Below are positions 10,901-21,600 of a DNA stretch of 64,000 nucleotides, in pieces (within the stretch, counting starts at the first letter, position 1; each line of letters opens with the position of its first letter). The notes beneath the pieces are model-generated. The model saw only the letters and a program-made list of their open reading frames with translations. It searched no databases and was not told the origin of the DNA. The DNA is from Promethearchaeota archaeon. GTDB lineage: Archaea > Asgardarchaeota > Heimdallarchaeia > Hodarchaeales > Hodarchaeaceae. The stretch covers positions 128,001 through 192,000 of the forward strand of contig JBHLMN010000008.1 in the NCBI GenBank assembly GCA_048938105.1, read 5' to 3'. Both the position numbers and the translations under genes were made by a program.

Positions 10901-11875
10901 ATGACCATAGGAGTCTTTGAAATGCAAAATCTGGTTGAAAAAGTTTTGAAAGGAAATCGTCGTGCTATTGCTCAAGCTATTTCATTAGTTGAAAATCAAC
11001 CAGATAAATGTGCAGAGTTTATTGGCGCTATTTTTCATGCCACGGGGAATGCCTTTATTGTTGGGATAACAGGACCTCCAGGGTCAGGTAAATCAACTTT
11101 GATCAATAATCTTGCCATTCAATTTCGTAAACATAATAAAAAAGTTGGTGTTATTGCGGTTGATCCAACTTCACCTTTTAGTGGTGGAGCTTTATTAGGC
11201 GATAGAATAAGAATGGATGATGTGCAAACAGATTCTGGCGTCTTTATTAGGTCTATGGGGTCAAGAGGGAGTCTTGGTGGTCTAAGTCGAGCAACCATGG
11301 ACGCTATCCGCGTCCTCGATGCTGCTGGTTATGACATATTGCTGATTGAAACAGTCGGAGCAGGCCAAAGTGAAGTAGAAATAGTCAGAACTGCGCATTG
11401 TGTCTGTGTTTTAGGGATACCAGGAACAGGTGATGCCGTTCAGGCAATTAAAGCTGGGATAATGGAAATCGCCGATATCTATGTTGTAAATAAAGCTGAT
11501 CGTCCAGGGGCTCAAGAAATAGTTAATGAGTTGAAATTACTATTAAGTATCGATCCTCGTGAGAAAGAAGACGGACAGTGGAAAATTCCAGTCATTTCCA
11601 CGTCAAATGTGGACAATACAGGGATTAATGACCTAGTAGAAACCATTTTAAACTTCAATGACTATTTGAAAAACACTACAGATTTTGCACGGGAACGAGA
11701 GTTTATTCGACGAAAGAATGAAATCTTGGAAATAATTAAAGTCGAATTTTTCGAGAATATTCTAGAGAATTTAGTGAACAAACAAAAATGGGAAGAGATT
11801 CTCAATGAAGTTATTTCGAAGGAAAAAGATCCTTATTCTGCAGCTAAATCTATAATAGATCCTTTTTTTCGATAA
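10901..11875 (+). CDS. meaB: Methylmalonyl-CoA mutase-associated GTPase MeaB (ArgK family)
   Basis: GITGPPGSGKST, AVDPTSPFSGGALLGDRIRM, IETVGAGQSE, KAGIMEIAD, NKAD, DPY. True start may be ATG 10922. Confidence 0.95.
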   Translation: MTIGVFEMQNLVEKVLKGNRRAIAQAISLVENQPDKCAEFIGAIFHATGNAFIVGITGPPGSGKSTLINNLAIQFRKHNKKVGVIAVDPTSPFSGGALLGDRIRMDDVQTDSGVFIRSMGSRGSLGGLSRATMDAIRVLDAAGYDILLIETVGAGQSEVEIVRTAHCVCVLGIPGTGDAVQAIKAGIMEIADIYVVNKADRPGAQEIVNELKLLLSIDPREKEDGQWKIPVISTSNVDNTGINDLVETILNFNDYLKNTTDFAREREFIRRKNEILEIIKVEFFENILENLVNKQKWEEILNEVISKEKDPYSAAKSIIDPFFR

Positions 11876-12008
11876 TTCGCTAGGCTAGAAATCTTTTTTT
11901 GGTGAATGAATTACTACCATTGGGGAATAGGAGAACTTTGTGAATGCGCGTTATATTTAAACATTAGAGAGGAATGTAAAGTTACGCTTGTAGAAGGTCT
12001 GTTATAAT

Positions 12009-13691
12009 TTGCTAGCATGGGTAAGTATTAGTTCCATAATAGGTTTTGTCATAAGTGTATTTTTATGGGTTTATGATGATAAGGGTGAGAAGTTCTCAGA
12101 AAAGGTTACAATTCCTGCCATGGCTTTAACAGGGATAGCTGTCATAATTAGTTTGGTCTTTATCGCTCCTCCAAATATCTTTACTCCTGTTGAAGTAAAG
12201 ATTATGATTGTGCTTTTTTTTATGGTTGTTTTCCTATTTCTCACATTGGCTGAAGAAGAAAAGCTTCGAGTTATTCTTTTTGGTGCTGCGCTTTCTGTGA
12301 TGCTAATGATAATATTTCTTGAACAATTATTACCGTTGGAGTATATCAGATGGCTTCTTGAACACCAACCAGAAAAACTAACTGAAGATAATCTATTAGA
12401 AGAGTTAAATAGAAAGCAACTGCCTCTTTCTCTAGAACAGCTCATAGATATAGCCGAAAATCCAGTCTTATTTTTTGAAGAAGCATTATTTAGCTCTTTT
12501 ATAGAATGGGAGGTTATTTCCATCGTTTTCGGGATGAGTCTTCTTGTCGCAGTACTTTCGGACACGGGACTCTTTGATATGGTGTCAATCCGTACAATTA
12601 AAGCTTCCCAAGGAACACCTAAAAGACTCTTGGTATTGGTTTTTTTCCTTACCATGGTTTTATCAGCATTATTGGATAACACAACAGCTATTATCTTGTT
12701 GAGTGGAATAACTGTCACTGTCACCCGTGGATTGGATTTGGATCCGAAACCATACATTTTAGCTGAAGTATCAGCCACAGTAATGGCTGGAATAATAACA
12801 GTAATCGGATCTTTGCCAGGTATCCTAATAGCTAGTACAAAGGCAGGAAATATACCGTTCCTAACTTTTTCACTTGTCAATTCTGGTTTTATTGGAGTAG
12901 CAATCGTATTATCAATAGGTTATTTATTTACAATTTTTAAAAAGGAACTGACAATCACAGAAGATAGTAGGATTGATCCAACAGTTGTCAGTTTTTTAGA
13001 TGAATGGTCCGTTGTGGATTCAAAAAGAAAACTATACTTAGGATCAATTGTTTTGGGGATTGTTATTTTAGGATTGATACTATCTAGTAATATTGGCTTA
13101 TCAGTAGGATTCATAGCAATAACTGGGGCTATTCTTGCAATCATTGTAACAAAAGCAGATATAGATAGTGTTATCCATGAAATTGAGCTTGACTCAATCT
13201 TATTTTTCATTGGACTGTTTGTTCTAGTTGGTACACTTCAAATATCGGGTGTACTTGAGGTTTTAGCTGATTTAATGCTAGAATTATCAGGAGGAGATCC
13301 TCTTATACTTGTTATTATCATCATTACAGCTATCTCAGTCCTTAGCGCAGTAGTTGCAAATATTCCTATAACAATTGCATTGGCAGAGGTCATTCGTCTT
13401 CTTTTAGCTGATCCAGAGTTCGCTAGTCAAACCATTTTTGGATTCCCAGTTGGAGGGTTATTGTGGTTCACTCTTCTGTATGCAGTTACTTTTGGTGGGG
13501 GATTTACTCCGTTTGGAACAGTTACAGGAGTCATTGGTGTACAAGTACTGCAGCAAGAAGGATACCCAGTCACCTTTCTGGATTATGTAAAAAAAATGGC
13601 TCCCCTAAGTGCGATATTGTTGGTGTTAGGTTTTCTCTATTTGTTGATCCTTCAATTAACTGGTATTTTACCTTTACTTTTAGGCTTGTAG
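12009..13691 (+). CDS. ArsB/NhaD (IT superfamily, SLC13/P-protein-like) permease
   Basis: Many TM helices; SALLDNTTAIILL, LSAVVANIP, GGGFTPFG and VTFLDY motifs. Confidence 0.85.
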   Translation: MLAWVSISSIIGFVISVFLWVYDDKGEKFSEKVTIPAMALTGIAVIISLVFIAPPNIFTPVEVKIMIVLFFMVVFLFLTLAEEEKLRVILFGAALSVMLMIIFLEQLLPLEYIRWLLEHQPEKLTEDNLLEELNRKQLPLSLEQLIDIAENPVLFFEEALFSSFIEWEVISIVFGMSLLVAVLSDTGLFDMVSIRTIKASQGTPKRLLVLVFFLTMVLSALLDNTTAIILLSGITVTVTRGLDLDPKPYILAEVSATVMAGIITVIGSLPGILIASTKAGNIPFLTFSLVNSGFIGVAIVLSIGYLFTIFKKELTITEDSRIDPTVVSFLDEWSVVDSKRKLYLGSIVLGIVILGLILSSNIGLSVGFIAITGAILAIIVTKADIDSVIHEIELDSILFFIGLFVLVGTLQISGVLEVLADLMLELSGGDPLILVIIIITAISVLSAVVANIPITIALAEVIRLLLADPEFASQTIFGFPVGGLLWFTLLYAVTFGGGFTPFGTVTGVIGVQVLQQEGYPVTFLDYVKKMAPLSAILLVLGFLYLLILQLTGILPLLLGL

Positions 13692-13814
13692 TAACTAATC
13701 AAAATTCAAAAAATAGATCTATAATATAAAGAAAAAAAAGGGTGAAAAAGAATTTTATTGGTTAACATTGAGAAAGGGACTATGAATAGAAAATAAGAAT
13801 ATTCTTAAGTAGAA

Positions 13815-14090
13815 TTATACAATTTTAGGAGCCATGGGCTCCCCACAATGAGTGGGAACTGCTGCTTCTTTTCCACACGAGGCACAGCTGAATTTATCTT
13901 CTTCAAAATCCATAGGTTCACCACATTCTTCACAAGTTGGGAAGTCTTGTTGTGCACCACATTTTGCACATGTAAGCACTACCTTTCTTTCTGAAACCGC
14001 TTCTTGAGTTTCAACATGTTCTAATCCTTCTTTCCCTTTTGCTAATTCAGCATCTGATGGTGGGGTGTCTTTTTCTTCACTCATGATCAT
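13815..14090 (-). CDS. Small protein: N-terminal beta-thymosin/WH2-like segment plus Cys-rich zinc-binding domain
   Basis: AAGGAG SD upstream. SDAELAKGKEGLEHVETQE, then CAKC, CEECGEPM, CASC and HCGEPM. Confidence 0.8.
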   Translation of the reverse strand: MIMSEEKDTPPSDAELAKGKEGLEHVETQEAVSERKVVLTCAKCGAQQDFPTCEECGEPMDFEEDKFSCASCGKEAAVPTHCGEPMAPKIV

Positions 14091-14217
14091 AAACTCCTTA
14101 GTGATGACTTCGATGATTCAATAAGAACCAAGTAGTTCTTTTTGACCTCTATCAGGAAATAGATATCAACCTAAAACTAACTTGCCACGTCATCACAAAG
14201 TATTATACCTTTTAACT

Positions 14218-14226
14218 GTTTATAAG
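14218..14226 (-). promoter_or_regulatory. Candidate TATA box (CTTATAAAC) for the 13815..14090 gene
   Basis: Archaeal TATA-like sequence about 25 nt upstream of a putative 5' end near 14196. Confidence 0.35.
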
Positions 14227-14376
14227 TGTTTGTAAAACTTTTCACAGAGAAACATTATCTAGCATAATGTCTATTCATGAAAGAGATATAAACAATAGAA
14301 AAACCTTGATCAGTTAAAATAATATGTTAATGTGCTCTTGATAGAATAAAAGCGGTAAAATCTGAATGTAAATATT

Positions 14377-14406
14377 AAAAAAAAAGAAAAAAAAGGGGGA
14401 TGGTGA
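14377..14406 (-). terminator. Oligo-T terminator of the 14413..18420 gene
   Basis: On the - strand, TCACCATCCCCC is followed by long T-runs just after the stop. Confidence 0.55.
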
Positions 14407-14412
14407 AGAAAT

Positions 14413-17400
14413 CTATCTTCTCCGTCTTCGAACAAGGATTACAGTAAGGCCAAGGACGAATACAGCTGGAATCAACGTAAATCCAGGAGCGGGCCCAGGT
14501 TCTTCCGATGAGGTTGTAGTGGTGCTTGTGGTGGTAGTTTCAGTGGTTTCAGGTGCAGCTTTGACCACTACCGTATAGGGATCCGTTGTTGAACCTTCGT
14601 ACCGGCCATTTTCCACTTTGTCTTCAGCGTAGAAATAAACATAGACCGTACCCGCTGCGCTTGAAACTTCCGTACTCGGAAGAGTTGCAGACCAGACAGC
14701 ACCTGTACCTTGAGTCATGCTCAATGGGAGGTATGTTGTTCCATCTATTGAATAATAGACAGTTACAAATTCCACACCGACACCATCATCAGTGACTTCT
14801 ATTGAAACGACGATATTATCTCCAACTTCTGGAGCTGTTGGAGAAAATGTTGGCCCTGTTAAGCTAAATATCGGTGCTGTTATGTCACTACTCCCGATTA
14901 TTATAGGGCTAGCAGTCATATAGTCTCCTGTATTACCGAGAGTGTCTTTTGCGTAAACCATGAAAGTCACATTGTCAAGCCATGCGAATGGACCTACAGT
15001 CGCTTCATAGTTCCCAGCGCCAATCGGAGTCATTTCCGTGGAACCACCAGTAGCTCCCTCAATGGTCCATTCCAGATATGCTGTTTCAATTCCAGAAGGA
15101 TCACCGATAATAGCGACGACTGTGATAGAATCTGTGTCATCAGGACTAGCTGGTGCGATATCGAAATCAAAAACCTCGGGTCCAATTATATCAGGACCAG
15201 CAATAGCAGTGAGGTTTATGGTTCTCCAAGCTGGTGAACCACTCATAAATCGGACAGCATTGTCGTCTGAAGAACCAGTCATCCATGTAGTAGTTCCATC
15301 AAGAACAGCTACCTGTCCTGCTTCATCGAGCCAGAGAAGGTCGTATACATCAGGATCCGCCCACTCAGCAGCATAGCTTTTTCCTACAGATACATCATCT
15401 TTCGTTATCTCATGCGCGGAAAATTCCTGGGGAGCATCACATCGGAAAGCTGAACCCATGAGGTAGAATGAACGAAAATCGACACCCCATTTGAGAAGTG
15501 TTGCTTTTGGAACCGCAACTTCCCAACCTAGGTCAGTGATCATTTTTACGGGTATTCCTTCAGTTGTCGCCGCGCCACCACCTGCCCAGAATAGAGTATT
15601 AACTTCATTTTTGTCAACAAACGTCTGGTCTTCATGGGCAAGAGAGATCGCAATTCCATTTCCACTCGTCCATAAAGGTAGACGTAGTTCATTACCACCA
15701 ACTGACCATTCATGAGTTGATGAAGAAATATCACTTGAAAGATGAAGAACTACTCTTGAAGCTGTTGTCAAATTATCGATTATCACTAAGAAGTAGAAGT
15801 TTGCCTGATCTTCAAAGATTCTGAGCTCTAATATATCTGCTGAACCGTCACCTGCGACTTTATCATCAGAGTCATTGTAGATGTAATCACCCAGAGTATT
15901 TCCGTCAAGATCTGCTCCTGTATCGTCATTGGACCAATCGCGGTAGATGAATACACCTTCAGCAGTGGTCCAATTTAAACCTTCCGCAGGGGCAGAACCA
16001 GGCCAATCGCTGATGTCTCCATCAATGGTTCGGGCAGGAACATAGAATCCAGAGGGTAAGATGAATATTATAACTGGATCTGATTCTGTAACACCATCCC
16101 TATCATCAATTACTTCGATATAATACCCCAGAAAATCACCACCTTCAAATGGCCCAATGGTTGCATTCCATATACCAAGTGCTGCGGTTCCTGTAATTAA
16201 GTTCATATCAACAACCGAAGAATCAATACTTAGATTAACATGTTGAACATAGTATCTTAGTTTCACAGATGCGATAGTTCCATCAGCATCAGAGGCATTG
16301 ACTTGGACATTGATCAGATCATCAGCAGTAATATCTTTCGTAGGAGTTTGTGTCACTTCATTGATTACTGGGTATTGATTTCTCAATTCAAGTACCGATG
16401 GAATGATGACTTCAAACCAATCCATGAACGGATCCGTAAGATTTCCATGGACTGGAACAGGAATGGTATCATTATAACCACCCTTACCTGCACCACTACC
16501 TGCAGCAGCGTAAAGTGCGATCTGGGTCGGGTAGCGGCCATCAAGTCCCATGAGATCAAATGGAATAACTATTTCTATAATATCTTCATCTGCAGACTTT
16601 TGTAAGTCCCATAGTGCTAGATCACCATATTCGTCGTAAGCATCAGCAGTTGCATTCCAGGCATACCATTTTCTATTGGTAACATCTAGATCCCACATAT
16701 TAATCATGAAATCAGCGAAATGTCGGTCAACACCAGTACCAATGTTTAAACCACCAACCCAAGTCCATGAAACATTAACACCCGAATTTGGGAACTGGTC
16801 TACATCAATACCAAGATGCCATCCACCATCAAAGGCACCACTGTCGATATCTCCTTTGAGAAGGATACCGACGCCGTCCGCAGCAGCAGTTACACTGATG
16901 TTGTGGAAATCAGCAAAATCATTGGCACCATCGTTGGCGTCAGTTAACGTATCGTAATTATTTGGCCAATCGGAATCATCACCGTCAGCAGTAAGAGCTG
17001 TAGCAAGTGCAGTTGTTTCAAGATCAACAACAGCAAAGTTTCCGAAAGTGTCCCAATCAGTCCATTCAGCATCATCGTTTGGATTGACTCCTGCAGGATC
17101 ATCAGGAGCAACATCCACAGAGGAATCACCACCAGCAACAAAGAAAGCAACAGCAATTTTAGACCAAACATCGAGTTTAAAGTCTTCAAATGCACTATAG
17201 GGAATCATCATTTCCCACGAGGTATTGGTATGAGCAGTTTGGACATATGGATCCCAATCGTCATGGTTACCCCATGCAGAGCCATCCCAACGAGCAAAGC
17301 CAAAGTTATCGGTCTGGTAATCCCAACAATAGAAGTTGTAATCAGCAGCATACATTGGATCACTTATATTGTGCTTACGACCCCAGGAGTCACCACCTTC

Positions 17401-18420
17401 GGTATATCCAGAGCCTGTAGTCTGATCAACATCAATGAGTGCACCAAATGCAGCATCACCTTTACTACTGTTGAAGTCCCCATTCACACCGAAATAAATA
17501 CCTTTCATGGTTGCCTTGGCATAGACTTCTTTTATTTCAGCAAAACCTGCACCTGTAGGAGCAGTGTCGGCGTCCGGATCATCAATGATGAGATCACCTG
17601 GATCCCAGTCAGCAAGATCACCATCAACGACAACAGGTTCACCTAGTGAGTCTAGATCAACTGTCACAAAGGTACTAATGACATCATAATCAGTACTTTC
17701 AGTGGCATAATCATTTGGGGTCACGGAAGCATCATCAGGTGCAATTTCAAATGCAGAGTCACCAGCAATAAAAACAGTAAATGCAATCGTACTCCAGACA
17801 TCGAGTTCAAAATCTGAAAAAGCAGAGAAAGGGATTGCCATTTCCCACGAGGTATTGGTATGGGCAGTTTGAACATATGGATCCCAGTCGTCATGGTTAC
17901 CCCATGCAGAGCCATCCCAACGAGCAAAGCCAAAGTTATCGGTTTGCCAGTCCCAGACATAGAAGTTGTACTCGGCAGCATATAATGGATCACTTATATT
18001 GTGCTTACGACCCCAGGAGTCACCACCTTCAGTATATCCTGAACCTGAAGTTTGATCAACATCGATGAGCATTCCCATTGCAGCATCCCCTCCTGTTGCA
18101 TTGAATATCCCTTCAAATGCAAAGTATATGTGGGTTTGAGATTTCGCTGCATATACTTTTTCAATGTCGGCCCATTTTTCTGCGTCTCCTGTTGGATCTG
18201 AGATCACTAATTCATTTCCTGTATAGTCCCATAAATGCCCGTCAAGATGCTTATTTGGGTTGTTTACTGTCATTTTAGGGGTTCCTAGGGAAGGAACAAC
18301 TCTTAAATTGGCTTTTTCAATGACATTTGACGGTGTAGAATACCCAATAGAGAAGAAAAATATCGTGACAAGCACTAGTGGAGCTATTTTCCTATTAAGA
18401 CATCTCAAAATTTGTTTCAC
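14413..18420 (-). CDS. Large surface protein with tandem DOMON-like/carbohydrate-binding domains, Ig-like stalk and PGF-type anchor
   Basis: Signal peptide; repeated DGxxxDW...DPxxD modules; YRDWSNDDTG..DILELRI (glucodextranase-C-like); three ~100-aa Ig-like units; T-rich linker; APGF-TM-RRRR. No catalytic GH motif recognised. Confidence 0.8.
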   Translation of the reverse strand: MKQILRCLNRKIAPLVLVTIFFFSIGYSTPSNVIEKANLRVVPSLGTPKMTVNNPNKHLDGHLWDYTGNELVISDPTGDAEKWADIEKVYAAKSQTHIYFAFEGIFNATGGDAAMGMLIDVDQTSGSGYTEGGDSWGRKHNISDPLYAAEYNFYVWDWQTDNFGFARWDGSAWGNHDDWDPYVQTAHTNTSWEMAIPFSAFSDFELDVWSTIAFTVFIAGDSAFEIAPDDASVTPNDYATESTDYDVISTFVTVDLDSLGEPVVVDGDLADWDPGDLIIDDPDADTAPTGAGFAEIKEVYAKATMKGIYFGVNGDFNSSKGDAAFGALIDVDQTTGSGYTEGGDSWGRKHNISDPMYAADYNFYCWDYQTDNFGFARWDGSAWGNHDDWDPYVQTAHTNTSWEMMIPYSAFEDFKLDVWSKIAVAFFVAGGDSSVDVAPDDPAGVNPNDDAEWTDWDTFGNFAVVDLETTALATALTADGDDSDWPNNYDTLTDANDGANDFADFHNISVTAAADGVGILLKGDIDSGAFDGGWHLGIDVDQFPNSGVNVSWTWVGGLNIGTGVDRHFADFMINMWDLDVTNRKWYAWNATADAYDEYGDLALWDLQKSADEDIIEIVIPFDLMGLDGRYPTQIALYAAAGSGAGKGGYNDTIPVPVHGNLTDPFMDWFEVIIPSVLELRNQYPVINEVTQTPTKDITADDLINVQVNASDADGTIASVKLRYYVQHVNLSIDSSVVDMNLITGTAALGIWNATIGPFEGGDFLGYYIEVIDDRDGVTESDPVIIFILPSGFYVPARTIDGDISDWPGSAPAEGLNWTTAEGVFIYRDWSNDDTGADLDGNTLGDYIYNDSDDKVAGDGSADILELRIFEDQANFYFLVIIDNLTTASRVVLHLSSDISSSTHEWSVGGNELRLPLWTSGNGIAISLAHEDQTFVDKNEVNTLFWAGGGAATTEGIPVKMITDLGWEVAVPKATLLKWGVDFRSFYLMGSAFRCDAPQEFSAHEITKDDVSVGKSYAAEWADPDVYDLLWLDEAGQVAVLDGTTTWMTGSSDDNAVRFMSGSPAWRTINLTAIAGPDIIGPEVFDFDIAPASPDDTDSITVVAIIGDPSGIETAYLEWTIEGATGGSTEMTPIGAGNYEATVGPFAWLDNVTFMVYAKDTLGNTGDYMTASPIIIGSSDITAPIFSLTGPTFSPTAPEVGDNIVVSIEVTDDGVGVEFVTVYYSIDGTTYLPLSMTQGTGAVWSATLPSTEVSSAAGTVYVYFYAEDKVENGRYEGSTTDPYTVVVKAAPETTETTTTSTTTTSSEEPGPAPGFTLIPAVFVLGLTVILVRRRRR
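17209..18070. repeat. Intragenic direct repeat: ~17209-17440 vs ~17839-18070, offset 630 bp (210 codons)
   Basis: Long identical nucleotide blocks, e.g. TCGTCATGGTTACCCCATGCAGAGCCATCCCAACGAGCAAAGCCAAAGTTATCGGT and TGGATCACTTATATTGTGCTTACGACCCCAGGAGTCACCACCTTC, occur in both copies. Confidence 0.95.
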
Positions 18421-18688
18421 TCCAAAAATCTTTTAGTTACAGTTTTTTTAGGAAATTTCTAAAAAGTTTCATAATTCAATATTTTTAGAATTATCAAACT
18501 TTTATCTTTTCTTGTCTCTGAATCTCGTTGATTCTTTCATTAACATAATAGAGATTTATTCTCTTGTTAATGTTGTATTTTTTACTTTGATTTTCCCTGA
18601 ATTAAAGAGTATTGACCATTTTGGTTTCACTTTTTTAAATAATTTCTTATTCATTTATCATAATAGATTGTATAATTTTAATATTGAA

Positions 18689-21600
18689 TTATCCTGTTTT
18701 CCTTCGAGGTAGCACTAGATCTGGTTTTAATGCTATTGCAACAGCTAAAACTAAAATTATAGGTGTTAGCCACATTAAACCAAGATCTACAATTGATGAT
18801 CGATAATCGGGTGGGACTGGAGGTATCTTATATTGTACTTCAAGAATAATGGTATCACTGGCCTTAGAATTACCAAATATATCCTCTGCAACAATATTAA
18901 GATGCACCTCGGTTTTTGGGAAAAAGGGTCCGAGTTGAGCACTAGGATCACCTATGCCTGTAGTCCCATAGAACACATGCCCTCTCCGGTCAAATTCTAG
19001 ATCTCTTAGGACAAATGATTGACCCCCATTCAAACTGAGATTAAGTTTCATTGAACTAATAAAAGCAGAGGTAAAACCATAAGCACGCCTCACATCTGCA
19101 AAAGTTTCTTGTCTACTAAGATCTAGAGTCCCATTCTCATCTAAGAGACTCCAAACATCAGTCCAATAGTAATCCGTTGCACTAGCGTTAATTCTAATGA
19201 AATCATCGTCTGTGATCGTGTAATTAGTCGTAAATGGTGCCTTCAGAGAATTGTTAAGCTTATTATTTACCCACAATTCCACCCAGAATTGGCCAATCTC
19301 TGGAGGTTTTGTGTCTGAGGGTTGAATTTCAACAGACATTAATGATACTGTCCCCCCCTTATGATTAAATACATCATAAGCAGTGATTTTAAAGAACAGG
19401 GTAGCTCCTGTCCAACCACTAGTCAACCAAGTTGAATTATATGCTTGAAGCCATGCAGGGAAGTGAGCCTGGTAAGTTTCATTAGTACCTGCTGTTTTCG
19501 TCATTTTTAATGTTCCTTTCTCCCCATGCGTGGTATAAAATGAAAGTGTAGGTTTAGTCAATCCTCCAGTAGAGATTCCATCAGGATCAGTAATATTTGC
19601 TCTTATTGTGAAAGTTTGGTTATCAAGTACAGTTAGGTTCATTGGTACTGAATCGTATGAAATAACGAAAATATCTGTTTTAAAAATGACTGGACCTGGG
19701 ACTGATAAATCCACCGTTAATCCTTCTGTTATCCTATTGTCAGTAATATTCCCTATTAAATCAAAATATACTGGTGGGGGTAATAAAGAGAGATTATACG
19801 AAGTTGGATTAGGGTAAGTTAATACAACCATCTCACCCTTAATACTCCTATCTGGTTTAATACTATGGATAAAAAGGCTATTTTCAATTTCGAAGTATGC
19901 TACTGACCCAGCAATATTTACATTCCCAATGATTGACTCACCAAGAACAGTCATCTCATCGATGGCAGTAAAGACTCTACTTCCATCCCAATTGGTAATT
20001 ATCTGGGTTTCTTTTGGATTAAACAGATTTGTTGAGAAGAATGCATAGTCCCAGTTAAATGTAGACATATCCAAACTCAAATCCATGTCAGAATGCACAA
20101 AAACATCAGAGTCTCCCCCATCTTCCAGATCAAATAAAATAGCGATACTTGTGCTTGTTTCGTTAATATAGTGATCCATCTGTATAGCAATTATAACAGC
20201 ACTAAACTCTCTTTCCAAACTTGGATCTTCAACACCCCAAGCTACATCATGACGATCAAACCTATATCCAATAGAAATTCCACTAATATCAACTGAAGCT
20301 GGATCATCTGGAAGACCATTTAATGATCGAACTGTACCAATGTCAAATGAGTTAGAAGAGATGAGATTTGAAATAGGGGCGATTCCCATCTCCATATGAT
20401 TTGTTGTAAAATCATATTCCAAGAAAGAATGGAGCATTCGGGTATTTTTTGAAAAGTTAAGGGCTCCTGCTGGGATAATTTCATCATAACCTGGATCTGC
20501 ACCAGTCTCTTGGATTTTTGGTTCACTAGCTTTCCATGCCCAGGCGCCTGATGAAACATCAACGACATCAGGAAGATCAAACGGTTCTCCTTCTATTGTA
20601 CTTGTGATATTTTCTTTTGTAATTGTAAAAATGCCAAATCGTACAAGCTTTCCCTCGGGAGGTCGGATAATCTCCGTGGGGAGTGTAATATTCAAATATT
20701 TAGCAACTGTCAAAGGCCTACCAAAGATATCATAATCAAATTTGTCTTGATTTGAATAAATTTCAGCTTCATCAAATGTTTTATTAGAAATTACTTCTGT
20801 TGTATCGTTGTAAATCCAATAATAATTATCATTATCGTTAGCAGATCTAATCTCTAAAGTTCTATCCCAAGCTCCTATTGGGTTGACCGCTGCATCATTA
20901 CGAGTAGGTAAAAGGACTTTTCCACCAGGATAAAGGTCAATAGTAATAAAAATACTTACTTTTGACCAATCAATTGTCTCACGAGCTCTTTTATATGGAT
21001 TTGTGGCATAATCTATAGTTCCAGATCCTTTTCTTACATACTGTTCGATTGTATCATTAACCACAAAAATCCGGAAGGTTGTTTTGTTACTTGCATGATG
21101 TTGAATGGAAAAGAGTTTAAGGTTCGTTGAATAATTATTTGCAGCCCACGCTAGATTATAATCATCCCAAGGATCATTCGGCCCTTTTGGGATGTCCCAT
21201 GGAATATCCAGATAGATTTTCTCCCCTGTAGGGGTAAAGATTTTTAGTTCTCCTGTTAAAGGATTTTTATAGTCGTAATTGATGATCTCAGTAATCTTTT
21301 CGTTACCAAAGTCGACTTCTAACCAGCTATGAATCATAGATGTATTTCCAGCAAGTTCGACAGTATTATCATCACCAATAACATCAAAAATACCGCTGGA
21401 AACATCATCAGCCTCTCCACCAAGATCCGCGGTCATAAAATCGAAACAAGTAAATGCAGTAAAATTAAATTTATACGTGGAGACATCTTGCCCTGGTTTT
21501 AATCCTAAAAAGTGCCACGGTAAAGCCGTATAAACCGTCCTTGTTGTTGGACTATAATATGTTATGGTTGTTGTGTTTTTCCCTACTCGAGGATCATAAC

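Noticed and set aside
12071-13210. Long antisense ORFs (269 aa, 96 aa) opposite the ArsB/NhaD permease
   Set aside because: Shadow ORFs of a hydrophobic gene with no recognisable motifs. The same applies to the other short antisense or alternative-frame ORFs nested in large genes.
17190-18068. Two similar + strand ORFs (17190..17420 and 17781..18068) resembling repeated precursor peptides
   Set aside because: They are antisense readouts of the 630-bp-offset repeat inside the 14413..18420 gene.
18512-18712. 66-aa + strand ORF in the gap between surface-protein genes
   Set aside because: Low-complexity AT-rich sequence with a TTG start, overlapping the likely promoter/terminator region; probably spurious.
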